A DNA stretch of 55,529 nucleotides from a virus (IMGVR_UViG_3300025030_000131:1-55529); one strand, 5' to 3'; positions 7,872-17,196 are shown, counted from the stretch's first letter. Numbers and translations are program-made. Notes: a model not told the origin generated them from the sequence alone.

Positions 7872-8154
7872 GAAAAAGACTCCCCGCCCCTATTATGACC
7901 TGGCCCGGCTCGTTGCGATATACCGGGCTGTGGAAGAGTACAGGCAACAGCATGGGGGGGACAACCCCTCCATGCTGGATATTGTGAAGTTGGGACTGGC
8001 ATCCACGCCGGGAATGGTGTCTTATTATTACAGGCACATGCAGCGCATGGGGATGATAGGGCGCACCTTCCATCGATCCCGATCCGTACAGCTTCGCCCT
8101 TTGGAGGAAGCGGATCCGGCTATTTTGGAACATTTGAAAAAGGAAAAGGAATAA
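7861..8154 (+). CDS. LexA N-terminal-like winged HTH protein
   Basis: IYRAVEEYRQQHGGDNPSMLDI..LGLAST..V.YY..M...G.I.R pattern. Confidence 0.65.
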   Translation: MIDKKKTPRPYYDLARLVAIYRAVEEYRQQHGGDNPSMLDIVKLGLASTPGMVSYYYRHMQRMGMIGRTFHRSRSVQLRPLEEADPAILEHLKKEKE

Positions 8155-8157
8155 AAC

Positions 8158-8481
8158 ATGGCTACAATTAATTGGAATATGTCGAAACACGAATTTGAAT
8201 TGATCCTTAAGATAGCAGTTCGTGCCAGGGAACTAACAAAGGATACGGAAATTCACGCCAGGAAAGATACTCTTGAAATGGATGTCGCAGCCTGTCACCT
8301 GAATGGTTGCCCACTGCGATTGCAGGAGTTATTGGATGCCGACAATGGAAACTTTGCCCATGACGTATTTGGCATCCAAAAATATATTGACCGCAAGACC
8401 GGGAAGTTGATGGACTGTTTCGATCCCCGTTACTCTGTCCCGGAGAATGCGGTTGAGGAGGTATCCAATGAAAAAGTTTAA
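8158..8481 (+). CDS. Conserved phage hypothetical protein (DUF6874-like)
   Basis: MDVAACHLNGCPLRLQELLDAD..NFAHDVFGI..YIDRKTGKL.DCF.PRY. Confidence 0.65.
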   Translation: MATINWNMSKHEFELILKIAVRARELTKDTEIHARKDTLEMDVAACHLNGCPLRLQELLDADNGNFAHDVFGIQKYIDRKTGKLMDCFDPRYSVPENAVEEVSNEKV

Positions 8482-8622
8482 GGCCGTTTGGGTGGACGGG
8501 GATGGTAAGGTTGTCCTGGGCGTATTGACCAATCTTGTGAACGCAGGGGATGAGGCGCGTTCCAAGTCGGCTATGGGTTTTTTGGCCTGGGTGCAGGATG
8601 AGGAAAATAATAAGGTGGAGAT

Positions 8623-8814
8623 ATGATCCAGCCCATACGTCCCGACCCGGACGAGGAAAAAGCCGTCGAAATAGGTACTTACAAGGGATACACCTTGATC
8701 CTGACCAGCAAGGAGCGCATCCTTGTATTGATCTATGATTTGACGTATCCCGCCTATACCCTGCCGGATGCCAAGAAGCTGGTGGATGATCTTATGGATT
8801 CTCGCAAGAATTGA
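8623..8814 (+). CDS. Hypothetical protein
   Basis: RBS GGAGA. Confidence 0.55.
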   Translation: MIQPIRPDPDEEKAVEIGTYKGYTLILTSKERILVLIYDLTYPAYTLPDAKKLVDDLMDSRKN

Positions 8815-8822
8815 AATGGGGG

Positions 8823-8851
8823 TTGCAAATTTTTTCTTTCACCTGTATAAT
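8823..8851 (+). promoter_or_regulatory. Sigma70-type promoter
   Basis: TTGCAA-17 bp-TATAAT. Confidence 0.6.
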
Positions 8852-8883
8852 CCCTGTTGGATGCAGTGACAGAAATGTCACTA

Positions 8884-8917
8884 CCAACCGGGATCCTATA
8901 TCTCGGTTGGTTTTTTT
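8884..8917 (+). terminator. Rho-independent terminator
   Basis: ACCAACCGGGAT...ATCTCGGTTGGT followed by a T tract. Confidence 0.7.
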
Positions 8918-8993
8918 ATTGACACAATCAGCCAAGTCGTGATAGGATAGCAGGCATAATACATATAGCATCCACTATATAGGAGATTAGATC

Positions 8994-11984
8994 ATGATAG
9001 CAATACCCGACCTGCAATGGTCAACAGCCAAAGAAATTCAAACAAAAAACGGTCCGCGCATGTTGCGAACCGCTGAGCCTACCCCCGATTTTTGGGAGTC
9101 CTGGCGCTCAAACAAAGATGCTCTTAAATTATTGGGAGTATCCTGTTCGCGCGATGAACGCTCCGGCGAATGGAAAATATGCTGGTGGCAGGAACTTACC
9201 GCCGAAACAAAACAGGAGCGCGCCGCATCGGTAGAGGCGTCGCGTGCCGTAAACGCAGAAATCGAACTTCCAAAACCGGATGGGCTGGATTACATGCCTT
9301 TCCAACGTGCCGGTATACGATATGCGCTTGATCGCCAAAATGTTCTAATTGCCGACGAAATGGGACTCGGTAAAACCGTAGAGACAATCGGCATTATCAA
9401 TGCAGACCCAGCCATTGCCAGCGTAGTTATTGTTTGCCCCAAATCCCTAAAGCTCAACTGGAAAAGGGAACTGGAAAAATGGCTTACCCGCCCGCTTTCG
9501 ATTGGTGTGGTAAACAATTCATGGCTCGCCTCAGATATTGTCATTCTGAACTATGAAGCGACTGGTAAATTTTCTGAACAACTCAAGGCGCATGAGTGGG
9601 ATGCGGTGATTGTAGATGAATGTTTTGTTGGAAATACTCTAATCGAAACCATCGAGGGTTCATGTCAAATAAAAGATTTACACCCTGGTATGCGCGTTGC
9701 GTCCTTCAATTTTTCAAGTAATGCGGTGGAATACAAAAAGATTTTGTATGTGAATCATCGACCAGCACCAAATATTTTATACAAAGTGGCTGGAAATGTA
9801 AGCACAGGCAACCATCCATATTATACAGAGGAGAGCGGTTATGTTAAGGCAAAGGAAATCTGTGGAAAGACTGTGCGAGCGTTGCGAAGTGTTATTTACA
9901 ACCCCGTCAAAGGGGAAGAATACCGCACGTTTTTGTTCGAGGAGATGCGTCAATATGGGAAACTCGTACGGCAAGAAACAAGTGCACAAAACGTACACGG
10001 CGACATGTCAGGAATGCGGGAAGGAGTTTATTCGAAGGGTTTTTGGACTCAGGTTTTGCAGTACGTATTGTTCTGCAATTTGGAGAGTAAGAACCATTAT
10101 CCATCCAGCCAAAAAGAACCCCAGCACTTTTCGAGAAAAAATTTCGAGCGGATTGAAAAGGGCTCATCACGAACGTCCTGGGTGGGCAAAAGAATCATCG
10201 AGGCGGATGAAAGAAAACAATCCAATGCTCAACGCCGACGCGCGCGAAAAAATGAAACAATCACTGACCGGGCGTACGTTTTTGGCGCGGGGAGGAAACG
10301 GAACGATTACGAGCCAACAAAAGAAACTTTTGAGCGCATTAGGATGGAGCGAGGATTGGTTAGAATATCCAATCAAGACGGCTTTAGCAAGCAAGAAATT
10401 CAAATCGCTTCCGAATTGCTACAAGGTGGACATAGCCAGCCCGAAACACAAATTAGCCATAGAGGTAGATGGCAAAACTCACAAACTGAAAAAATGGAAT
10501 TTTCTGGACAAACGAAAGACGGAGATTTTGAATTATTTAGGGTGGACGGTATTGAGATTTACGAACGAGGAAGTGGATCAGAATTTGAGCAGGTGTGCTC
10601 AGACGGTTTTGTCTACAATATCGAAGTAGAGGACAATAACAACTATTTTGCAAATGGAATATTAGTCCATAATTGTCACTACATCAAAAACAGCAAGGCA
10701 CAGCGCTCTAAAAATGTAAAATCAATACCATCACGCAGAAAAATCAGATTGACCGGGACACCAATCGTCAATAGGCCGATTGAACTTTATAACATCATAG
10801 AAGATTTACATAATGGTTTTGGTTCGTTTTTCTCGTTTGCCAAACGCTATGCCGGCGCACACAAAAATGGCTTCGGTTGGGACTTCTCAGGTGCTCAAAA
10901 TCTGGATGAACTGCAAAAACGATTACGAGAAACAATCATGGTGCGCCGTTTGAAAAAGGATGTACTCACAGAACTCCCACGGAAAATCCGTCAGATTGTG
11001 GAGGTGGAAGCCGACACTCCCGCCGCAAAACGGGCGGTAAAATCAGAACAGACTCATGAATCTGCGTCCGAAGAGAGACTGTCAAATCTCCGCGTATCTG
11101 TTGAGTTAAGCAAGGCGGAATCAGAGGATGCGTATAAATCAGCAGTTGCACGCTTGACAGAGGCGTCGCAGGTTGATTTTACTGAAATGGCCCGCTTGCG
11201 CCACGATACTGCTATGGCAAAAGTTCCCGCTGTGATAGCGCATATTACAAACGCGCTGGATGACAATGACAACAAAATTATTGTCGCCATCCACCACCAC
11301 GATGTAGCCGCCGCGCTTATGGATGGCCTGGCAGAGTTCTTTCCGGTTATTTTGACTGGCGAAAATAGCGAACAGGAACGAACTGCATCAGTGGACTCAT
11401 TTCAAAACGATCCGAAGGTGCGCGTGTTTATCGGCTCGATCACTGCCGCAGGAGTTGGGATCACCCTGACAGCTTCCTCGCATGTAGTGTTTGCCGAATT
11501 AGACTGGGTGCCGGGGAATATCTCGCAAATGGAGGATCGCGCTCATCGTATTGGTCAAACCGAAACGGTACTGGTGCAGCATATCGTATTATCCGATAGC
11601 CTGGATGCACGGATGGCAAATGCGATTATTTCAAAACAAAATGTGATAGACAATGCGCTTGATATTAACCATCCCGAACGCTCCGCGCCGGTGTATGAGC
11701 CAAAAAATAAAAGCGCATCTCATGGAGCGTCAGTATCCGAAATAGAGAAAATTGCAGAGACATTATCAACCGAACAATGTGCAATGATACATAATCAATT
11801 GCGTTATCTCGCCGGCATGGATGCCGACCACGCCAGCAGCTTGAATGGAATTGGATTCAACAAAATAGATACGCAGATTGGTCATGACCTGGCCGGGCGT
11901 GAGTGGCTTACTCCTAAACAGGCTGCGCTTGGAATTAAAATCTGTAAGAAATACCATAAACAGTTGATTGATTGGAAGGCATAA
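8994..11984 (+). CDS. SNF2/HARP-family helicase, intein-containing
   Basis: ADEMGLGKT (motif I), DE|CH (motif II, split by the intein), LTGTPIVN, MVRRLKKDVL, QMEDRAHRIGQ; RBS AGGAGA. Confidence 0.92.
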   Translation: MIAIPDLQWSTAKEIQTKNGPRMLRTAEPTPDFWESWRSNKDALKLLGVSCSRDERSGEWKICWWQELTAETKQERAASVEASRAVNAEIELPKPDGLDYMPFQRAGIRYALDRQNVLIADEMGLGKTVETIGIINADPAIASVVIVCPKSLKLNWKRELEKWLTRPLSIGVVNNSWLASDIVILNYEATGKFSEQLKAHEWDAVIVDECFVGNTLIETIEGSCQIKDLHPGMRVASFNFSSNAVEYKKILYVNHRPAPNILYKVAGNVSTGNHPYYTEESGYVKAKEICGKTVRALRSVIYNPVKGEEYRTFLFEEMRQYGKLVRQETSAQNVHGDMSGMREGVYSKGFWTQVLQYVLFCNLESKNHYPSSQKEPQHFSRKNFERIEKGSSRTSWVGKRIIEADERKQSNAQRRRARKNETITDRAYVFGAGRKRNDYEPTKETFERIRMERGLVRISNQDGFSKQEIQIASELLQGGHSQPETQISHRGRWQNSQTEKMEFSGQTKDGDFELFRVDGIEIYERGSGSEFEQVCSDGFVYNIEVEDNNNYFANGILVHNCHYIKNSKAQRSKNVKSIPSRRKIRLTGTPIVNRPIELYNIIEDLHNGFGSFFSFAKRYAGAHKNGFGWDFSGAQNLDELQKRLRETIMVRRLKKDVLTELPRKIRQIVEVEADTPAAKRAVKSEQTHESASEERLSNLRVSVELSKAESEDAYKSAVARLTEASQVDFTEMARLRHDTAMAKVPAVIAHITNALDDNDNKIIVAIHHHDVAAALMDGLAEFFPVILTGENSEQERTASVDSFQNDPKVRVFIGSITAAGVGITLTASSHVVFAELDWVPGNISQMEDRAHRIGQTETVLVQHIVLSDSLDARMANAIISKQNVIDNALDINHPERSAPVYEPKNKSASHGASVSEIEKIAETLSTEQCAMIHNQLRYLAGMDADHASSLNGIGFNKIDTQIGHDLAGREWLTPKQAALGIKICKKYHKQLIDWKA
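9621..10673 (+). mobile_element. Intein (351 aa) inserted in the DECH motif
   Basis: Block A CFVGNTLIET, block B STGNHPYYT, blocks F/G VYNIEVEDNNNYFANGILVHN, +1 residue Cys. Confidence 0.92.
9841..10629 (+). CDS. Zn-finger + DUF559/Vsr-like endonuclease nested in the +1 frame of the intein
   Basis: CERC/FCSRRC and CQEC/FCSTYC motifs; YKVDIA...LAIEVDGKTH...DKRKTEILNYLGWTVLRFTNEEV; RBS GAGGAG at ~9827-9832. Confidence 0.85.
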   Translation: MLRQRKSVERLCERCEVLFTTPSKGKNTARFCSRRCVNMGNSYGKKQVHKTYTATCQECGKEFIRRVFGLRFCSTYCSAIWRVRTIIHPAKKNPSTFREKISSGLKRAHHERPGWAKESSRRMKENNPMLNADAREKMKQSLTGRTFLARGGNGTITSQQKKLLSALGWSEDWLEYPIKTALASKKFKSLPNCYKVDIASPKHKLAIEVDGKTHKLKKWNFLDKRKTEILNYLGWTVLRFTNEEVDQNLSRCAQTVLSTISK

Positions 11985-11986
11985 AG

Positions 11987-12790
11987 ATGAAACTTTCAGA
12001 ATTTCTGTCAGATGTTGGTCGCCCTGTCGCGTTTTATCCAACCCTGGTGAAAGCCTTTGGGGATCGAAATGAGGCGATATTTATTTGCCAAATGGCCTAT
12101 TGGCGCGGCAAAGGTGAAAGTGAGGATGGCTGGATTTATAAAACTTCCGACGAAATAGAGGCCGAAACATCACTAACATATAAAGAACAAACCAACGTCA
12201 GAAACGGGCTGAAAAAGAAAGAATTGCTCAAGGAAAAACACGTCCGCACCGAGCATAAAATGTATTTTCGGGTCGATTGGGATAAGGTAAATTCTTTGTG
12301 GGGGCAGTTTACCGATGGTAAGGTGGTGCATATTACCAAAAGTAAACTGCCACCCTCCCCAAAGAAGGGTGGCAGTTTACCCGTTGGCATTTCGTTAAAT
12401 AGTAATACAGAGAATACAGCAGAGAATACAACAAAGATTAAAACCAGCGTGGAGAAACCCGCAAAACCACCGACACCGCCCGAAGTAAAGCTATTCCGGG
12501 AGGCGACTGGCCGATACCCCGCAAGATCATCATTTACAACCGTTGTAGATGCCATCCAAAAAATAGGAAAACGTCTGGGGCGGGATGTGATTTGTGATGA
12601 TCTCAAACCATTTTTGACAGATTGGACTGACCGTGGGTGGAATCCAATGAATCTAGCATGGTTGAAGGAATGGGCAGTAATTGGCTCGATTCCGACAAAT
12701 GGAAAGAAACCTGCTTTCCAACTGCGGGAGTCCGCGAACCGCGCCGCCCTTGCTACAATGAAATTTGACGATGAAGGGAATCTAATCTAA
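11987..12790 (+). CDS. Phage replication initiator (N-terminal winged HTH)
   Basis: RPVAFYP...AIFICQMAYW...GWIYKTSDEIEAETSLT..EQ..VR..L. Confidence 0.7.
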   Translation: MKLSEFLSDVGRPVAFYPTLVKAFGDRNEAIFICQMAYWRGKGESEDGWIYKTSDEIEAETSLTYKEQTNVRNGLKKKELLKEKHVRTEHKMYFRVDWDKVNSLWGQFTDGKVVHITKSKLPPSPKKGGSLPVGISLNSNTENTAENTTKIKTSVEKPAKPPTPPEVKLFREATGRYPARSSFTTVVDAIQKIGKRLGRDVICDDLKPFLTDWTDRGWNPMNLAWLKEWAVIGSIPTNGKKPAFQLRESANRAALATMKFDDEGNLI

Positions 12791-13449
12791 TGGCAACGCA
12801 AAATAAAATAAGGGATTTGCTAAACACGCTTGTTTCCCTGCCTAATGCCCCTGAGATCAGCGCGGATGTTGTACGGGAATATCATGCCGTTTTGGGGCAC
12901 TGGCCGGATGAACTGCTGGATATGGCCGTTCTGCATTACAAAAGTTCTGAGGTCTTTTTTCCCACCCCCGGCACTCTGAACAATAAGATACTCGATCTGC
13001 AATTCATGGCGATGGGCATCCCCACTGCGGCGGAAGCCTGGAGTCAGGTCTTGGGCGCGGTTAGGCAAGTCCCGACTGTGCTTTGTGAAACTGGCTCACA
13101 ATTACGAACGGCAGCCGAGGGCAGGATAGGCGGCGAATACATGAGCGCAATTGCGGATTATTCCATCCACTTCCGAAACTGCGAAATATGCACAGATGGC
13201 GGATGGAAGGAAATCTACGACCACCCGGTGGTTGCTGAAACGGTGCGACTGCTTGGGGGACGGGATATGCTGCTAACCGACAACCTGGCCGCAGATCGTA
13301 AGCAGTTCATTGACGCCTACCGCGAACGGGTTCAGATCGAGGGTCGCAAGTTTATTATGCCCCCGAAGATCAGGGATTTTATCGCAGACCAGCGCTTACT
13401 TGAGGTCGGCGATCAGGTAAAACAATTGGCGAAAGGAATGTCCAAATGA
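12790..13449 (+). CDS. Putative replicative helicase loader/inhibitor-like protein
   Basis: Coupled to the initiator; FFPTPG and PTAAEAWSQV motifs. Confidence 0.55.
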   Translation: MATQNKIRDLLNTLVSLPNAPEISADVVREYHAVLGHWPDELLDMAVLHYKSSEVFFPTPGTLNNKILDLQFMAMGIPTAAEAWSQVLGAVRQVPTVLCETGSQLRTAAEGRIGGEYMSAIADYSIHFRNCEICTDGGWKEIYDHPVVAETVRLLGGRDMLLTDNLAADRKQFIDAYRERVQIEGRKFIMPPKIRDFIADQRLLEVGDQVKQLAKGMSK

Positions 13450-13706
13450 GCGAACCCGTACCTGTATTGATTGCCCGTAAACACCTGCTTGAAAAGCAGG
13501 AAAGCGATAACCCTGACAAGGATTATTCGGCTGATTGGCTTGAACTGGCCGGCCTGTTTGATGAGGTTGAGAGTCGGGTTAATGCCCACTATTGCAGGAT
13601 CAAGGCTGGCGTAATCCAGAAGGCGAAACCCAAGAGGGAATCCCCCGTCAGGGATCAGGGAGAATTTGACTGGCAGAGTCGGGCAGATATTGGGGATGCT
13701 GAATGA
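13446..13706 (+). CDS. Hypothetical protein
   Basis: ATGA overlap with the upstream gene. Confidence 0.6.
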   Translation: MSEPVPVLIARKHLLEKQESDNPDKDYSADWLELAGLFDEVESRVNAHYCRIKAGVIQKAKPKRESPVRDQGEFDWQSRADIGDAE

Positions 13707-13873
13707 GTACAATGATATTCCGACCTGAGGTTAGAGATGGATTGTGCCGTGCGGCGATCATGCTGGCACGCGAGAGAAGTAATACTATCTACACGATTAC
13801 GACGACCCAGTTGGTAAATAATCTAATCCACGTTAGCAATACGGCTGACGAATAAAAAAATAGGAGATACACA

Positions 13874-14074
13874 ATGACCACAGTAAACAACACCAACGGC
13901 AAGGCAATTGATTTCGAAGCGGCATTCAATTTGATGGATGACGAAATCTGCGAAACTCTTGCAAACGATGGCAATGAGCGAACCGAGCAGGAATTTTTCT
14001 CGGCTTACGAGAAAGCCCACGAAGCAAAATACGGCGAAGAGTGGGAGCTCAGCAAAGCAAATCCTGTCTGGTAA
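13874..14074 (+). CDS. Small acidic hypothetical protein
   Basis: RBS AGGAGA; 66 aa. Confidence 0.7.
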   Translation: MTTVNNTNGKAIDFEAAFNLMDDEICETLANDGNERTEQEFFSAYEKAHEAKYGEEWELSKANPVW

Positions 14075-14076
14075 AT

Positions 14077-14382
14077 CATCGTCTGCTTACTGGTGAAAGT
14101 CCAGTTCTGGTAAGGGTCAGGCCGCCAGATAGCAGGCAACCGATGCAGTCGGGCGACTGATTGTGTCGAAGCGTTGTAACTCCCAGAGAAAGGGAAGCAA
14201 AACAATAGCCCGTAACATAAAGTGAAACTTGCAGCACCGACATGTTAGCCCCGAAAGGGGAAAAAGAGAGAGCCGAGCCTGTCACGCATGGCGAAGGCAA
14301 TAGAAGCGGTCAAGAACCTGTAAATCAGCCGTGAAGAACTCTCCGGTGTAGAGAGTATGGGATGTTGCGACAGCAGACGATG
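14077..14382 (+). ncRNA. Structured RNA resembling group II intron domain I only
   Basis: 11-bp closing stem CATCGTCTGCT/AGCAGACGATG; CTGGTGAAAGTCCAG; G-U-rich stem with GCGA loop; CCCC-GAAA-GGGG; GCCGAGCC..GGCGAAGGC; CTCTCCGGTGTAGAGAG; no domain V/VI seen. Confidence 0.6.
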
Positions 14383-14433
14383 GACGGCATATAACCGTTC
14401 TAACAGAAGGTATAAACCGAAAGGAGTAAAGGG

Positions 14434-15762
14434 ATGAAACAAATAACATCGTTGTCAACCGAGCGAGTTGCGAGGTTCCGGGAGTTTGTAGATAAGTGGA
14501 CACACCTCGGATTGTCCACCAAGCCGGCTAACCACCCAGGGGCTGAGGACGCTCTGCGAAGGGCGTATCAAGTGGCCGGCCTGACACCTCCAAAATTTAT
14601 TGTGTGGATGAAAAGCCCGCGCGACGCAGTCTTGGCATGGGCTTTGATCTTGTCCTGGATAGTTGACGACCAAGTGAGCGACCAAGTGAGCGCCCAAGTG
14701 ATCGACCAAGTGCGCGCCCAAGTGATCGACCAAGTGCGCGACCAAGTGAGCGACCAAGTGAGCGACCAAGTGCGCGCCCAAGTGAGCGCCCAAGTGAGCG
14801 CCCAAGTGCGCGACCAAGTGCGCGCCCAAGTGCGCGCCCAAGTGATCGACCAAGTGCGCGACCAAGTGAGCGACCAAGTGAGCGACCAAGTGCGCGCCCA
14901 AGTGAGCGACCAAGTGCGCGCCCAAGTGCGCGACCAAGTGATCGACCAAGTGATCGACCAAGTGATCGACCAAGTGATCGACCAAGTGATCGACCAAGTG
15001 AGCGACCAAGTGTTCGCCCAAGTGAGCGACCAAGTGATCGACCAAGTGATCGACCAAGTGATCGACCAAGTGATCGACCAAGTGCGCGCCCAAGTGAGCG
15101 ACTATATCCAACAACGCTGGTGGTGGACCGGCTGGGGCAATCAGGAATGGTGGTTGTCCTGGATCGATTACTTCGGCTCCGCCGTTGGAATATCGGCAGA
15201 AAAAATCCATCCATTACTTGATCTCGCAGAACACGGCCATTGGTATTGGCCGATGCAGGGTATCGCCGTGATGTGTGAAAGACCTTTGGCTATTCGGCGC
15301 GACGGACGCGGAAGATTGCATTGCGACGATGGACCGGCAGTGGAGTACGAAGGCTGGACGATCTATGCCGTGGATGGAATGGGGATCCCTGATTGGATCG
15401 TGGAGTGTAAGGACCAGATCACACCTGAACGCATCAACGCCGAAAAAAACGCGGAAATTCGCAGGATCATGATGCGCTTCTATGGTTGGGATCGCTGGCT
15501 GGAAAACGTCAAGGCGAAACTTATTGACCGGGATCCAGACCCCACCATTGGGGAGTTGTGGTCATTCAAAGACGTGGATGGTGTGACCGTGAAAATACTT
15601 AAGGTTCGTAATGGCACAAGGGAAGTAGACGGATACCGCAGCTTTTCTTTGCGCGTGGACTCGGATTGCGAGACTGCACTCAAGGCAAACAGGTGGACAT
15701 ATCCTTCCTGTCGTCAAATGTCGGAGCAAGATTACCGTATTCTAAATTCTGCAAGATCATAA
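14434..15762 (+). CDS. DUF6745-like phage protein with a central tetrapeptide repeat
   Basis: N-terminal AYQVAGLTPP.FIVW.SP; C-terminal GRLHCDDGPA..Y.GW..YAVDG and NAEIRRIM. Confidence 0.75.
   Translation: MKQITSLSTERVARFREFVDKWTHLGLSTKPANHPGAEDALRRAYQVAGLTPPKFIVWMKSPRDAVLAWALILSWIVDDQVSDQVSAQVIDQVRAQVIDQVRDQVSDQVSDQVRAQVSAQVSAQVRDQVRAQVRAQVIDQVRDQVSDQVSDQVRAQVSDQVRAQVRDQVIDQVIDQVIDQVIDQVIDQVSDQVFAQVSDQVIDQVIDQVIDQVIDQVRAQVSDYIQQRWWWTGWGNQEWWLSWIDYFGSAVGISAEKIHPLLDLAEHGHWYWPMQGIAVMCERPLAIRRDGRGRLHCDDGPAVEYEGWTIYAVDGMGIPDWIVECKDQITPERINAEKNAEIRRIMMRFYGWDRWLENVKAKLIDRDPDPTIGELWSFKDVDGVTVKILKVRNGTREVDGYRSFSLRVDSDCETALKANRWTYPSCRQMSEQDYRILNSARS
14668..15099 (+). repeat. 36 x 12-bp coding tandem repeat G(A/C)CCAAGTG(AGC/ATC/CGC/TTC)
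   Basis: Directly visible; encodes (D/A)QV(S/I/R/F). Confidence 0.95.
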
Positions 15763-15776
15763 AAAGGAGATCAGCA

Positions 15777-16121
15777 ATGAACAAGACTCAGAAAATCAAG
15801 TCAAATACTTTCGGCGCAATCCAGGGCGACGTTCCGATCCTGCGGGTAGGTGCTATTCCTGCGGATGCCAGGCCAACCAAGAACCGCCGCGTGGCAGAAG
15901 GTGAAACCACCGGGCACAACCACGAAGTGAGAGGCGAAGTCCAGATGTATGAAAACCTGGCTGGCTTTTACTTCGAGGTTGCCACAAGCAAGAAGGTGGA
16001 GATCGTGCATACCCCGGGTGGTGAACATGCCACGATTGAAATGACTCCGGGCCTGTACTTCGTGCCCCGTGAAGCACAGGTGGAATATGACGGCAAGAAG
16101 GAACGGCGCGTATTGGATTAG
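15777..16121 (+). CDS. Small His-motif protein typically paired with DUF6745 genes
   Basis: QGDV, AEGETTGHNH, H....EH..I...PG.Y, R.VLD; RBS AAAAGGAGA. Confidence 0.7.
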   Translation: MNKTQKIKSNTFGAIQGDVPILRVGAIPADARPTKNRRVAEGETTGHNHEVRGEVQMYENLAGFYFEVATSKKVEIVHTPGGEHATIEMTPGLYFVPREAQVEYDGKKERRVLD

Positions 16122-16197
16122 TTGAAGTAATGATCGTTCAACCGTGGTAGGGGGAGGGCGGGTAACTGCCCCCCCCCTACCACGACGGTGCTTTCTT

Positions 16198-16743
16198 ATG
16201 GCAGCAGTCCCATTTGTTCATAGCAATTTCGAGCGAGTTGCAAACGACTTTTACCCAACAATTGATAGCCGTTGCGTTTATGGTTTTCTCGAACACTTTG
16301 CGCCTGATGGTTTATGCGTTGATGTGTGCGCTCCCGATGGAAGCGGAATCGTTGACACTCTGAAAGCGTGTGGCTATAAAGCCGATGGATTACCAGACGC
16401 ATTTGCTGAAAATATTACCGCTCAATGGATAATAGCAAATCCGCCATACAAGCGCGGTCTGGTTGATGAAATTATCAATCGTCAAATTCAGCGGTTAGAG
16501 AATAAAGAAGTTTATGGGCTTGCAGTTTTGCTCCGTTCAAACTTCGACTTTGCTAAAGGTAGAAAGGCAATGTTTGACCATCCTTTATATTATGGTCAAA
16601 TCAAACTTCGCTTTCGTCCGTGGTGGAGTGAAGATAGAACGGCACAGCCAATTCATAATTACGTTTGGCAATTGTGGAAGATAAATTCATCTAGCCCAGT
16701 AGTTCTGTTTGCAAATGGTCTGCCGCCTAACAAAGGAAATTAG
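16198..16743 (+). CDS. Putative DNA amino-methyltransferase (small phage type)
   Basis: DFYPT, DVCAPDGSG (motif I-like), IIANPPY (motif IV). Confidence 0.7.
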   Translation: MAAVPFVHSNFERVANDFYPTIDSRCVYGFLEHFAPDGLCVDVCAPDGSGIVDTLKACGYKADGLPDAFAENITAQWIIANPPYKRGLVDEIINRQIQRLENKEVYGLAVLLRSNFDFAKGRKAMFDHPLYYGQIKLRFRPWWSEDRTAQPIHNYVWQLWKINSSSPVVLFANGLPPNKGN

Positions 16744-16812
16744 GAAATGGGAAAAGTTAAATATAACGTAAGCGAGTTGATTGGAATTTCCGTTAGAAGG
16801 GAGCATAACATT

Positions 16813-17196
16813 ATGGCTACTCTAAAATCGCCCAAACGAATCCAACGCAAAAGGATTTCCGGCTGGCATAACCCCCCGTCTACACGGTACTGCGGACGCG
16901 GGACTCGATGGGGAAATGTTTTTCGGATAGGGGGCCTATATCCGTGTGAAGATAAGAATCTGACTCGTGATGATGTATTGCTATTGAATCGCATGAGCCT
17001 TGAAATTCTGCTGAGGGATATGGGTGTGGATCGATTCGTCAGGGAATATCTTTTGCCCCTGAGTGGTTATAGACATCTATCCTGCTTCTGTCCCAGGACT
17101 CTCCCTTGCCATGTAGATCTGTGGATTGATTATCTGAGACTCTATCGCCCTGAGATCGAAATGATGAAAAAACAGGGCACGGTGCTTACCCCTTGA
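16813..17196 (+). CDS. DUF4326-like protein
   Basis: PKRIQRKR..GW..P....YCGRGTRWGN.F and L.G..LSCFCP..LPCH.D. Confidence 0.7.
   Translation: MATLKSPKRIQRKRISGWHNPPSTRYCGRGTRWGNVFRIGGLYPCEDKNLTRDDVLLLNRMSLEILLRDMGVDRFVREYLLPLSGYRHLSCFCPRTLPCHVDLWIDYLRLYRPEIEMMKKQGTVLTP

Noticed and set aside
14077-14430. Complete self-splicing group II intron
   Set aside because: No GUGYG 5' end, no catalytic domain V/VI, no maturase, and the flanking genes are not interrupted
14668-15099. CRISPR array or second DGR target (variant codons resemble mutated AAC)
   Set aside because: No unique spacers and it is an in-frame coding repeat; the adenines in CAA are invariant and no matching TR exists
14455-15214. 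Antisense ORFs with LVDH/LGRS repeats
   Set aside because: Shadows of the stop-free 12-bp repeat; no independent coding evidence
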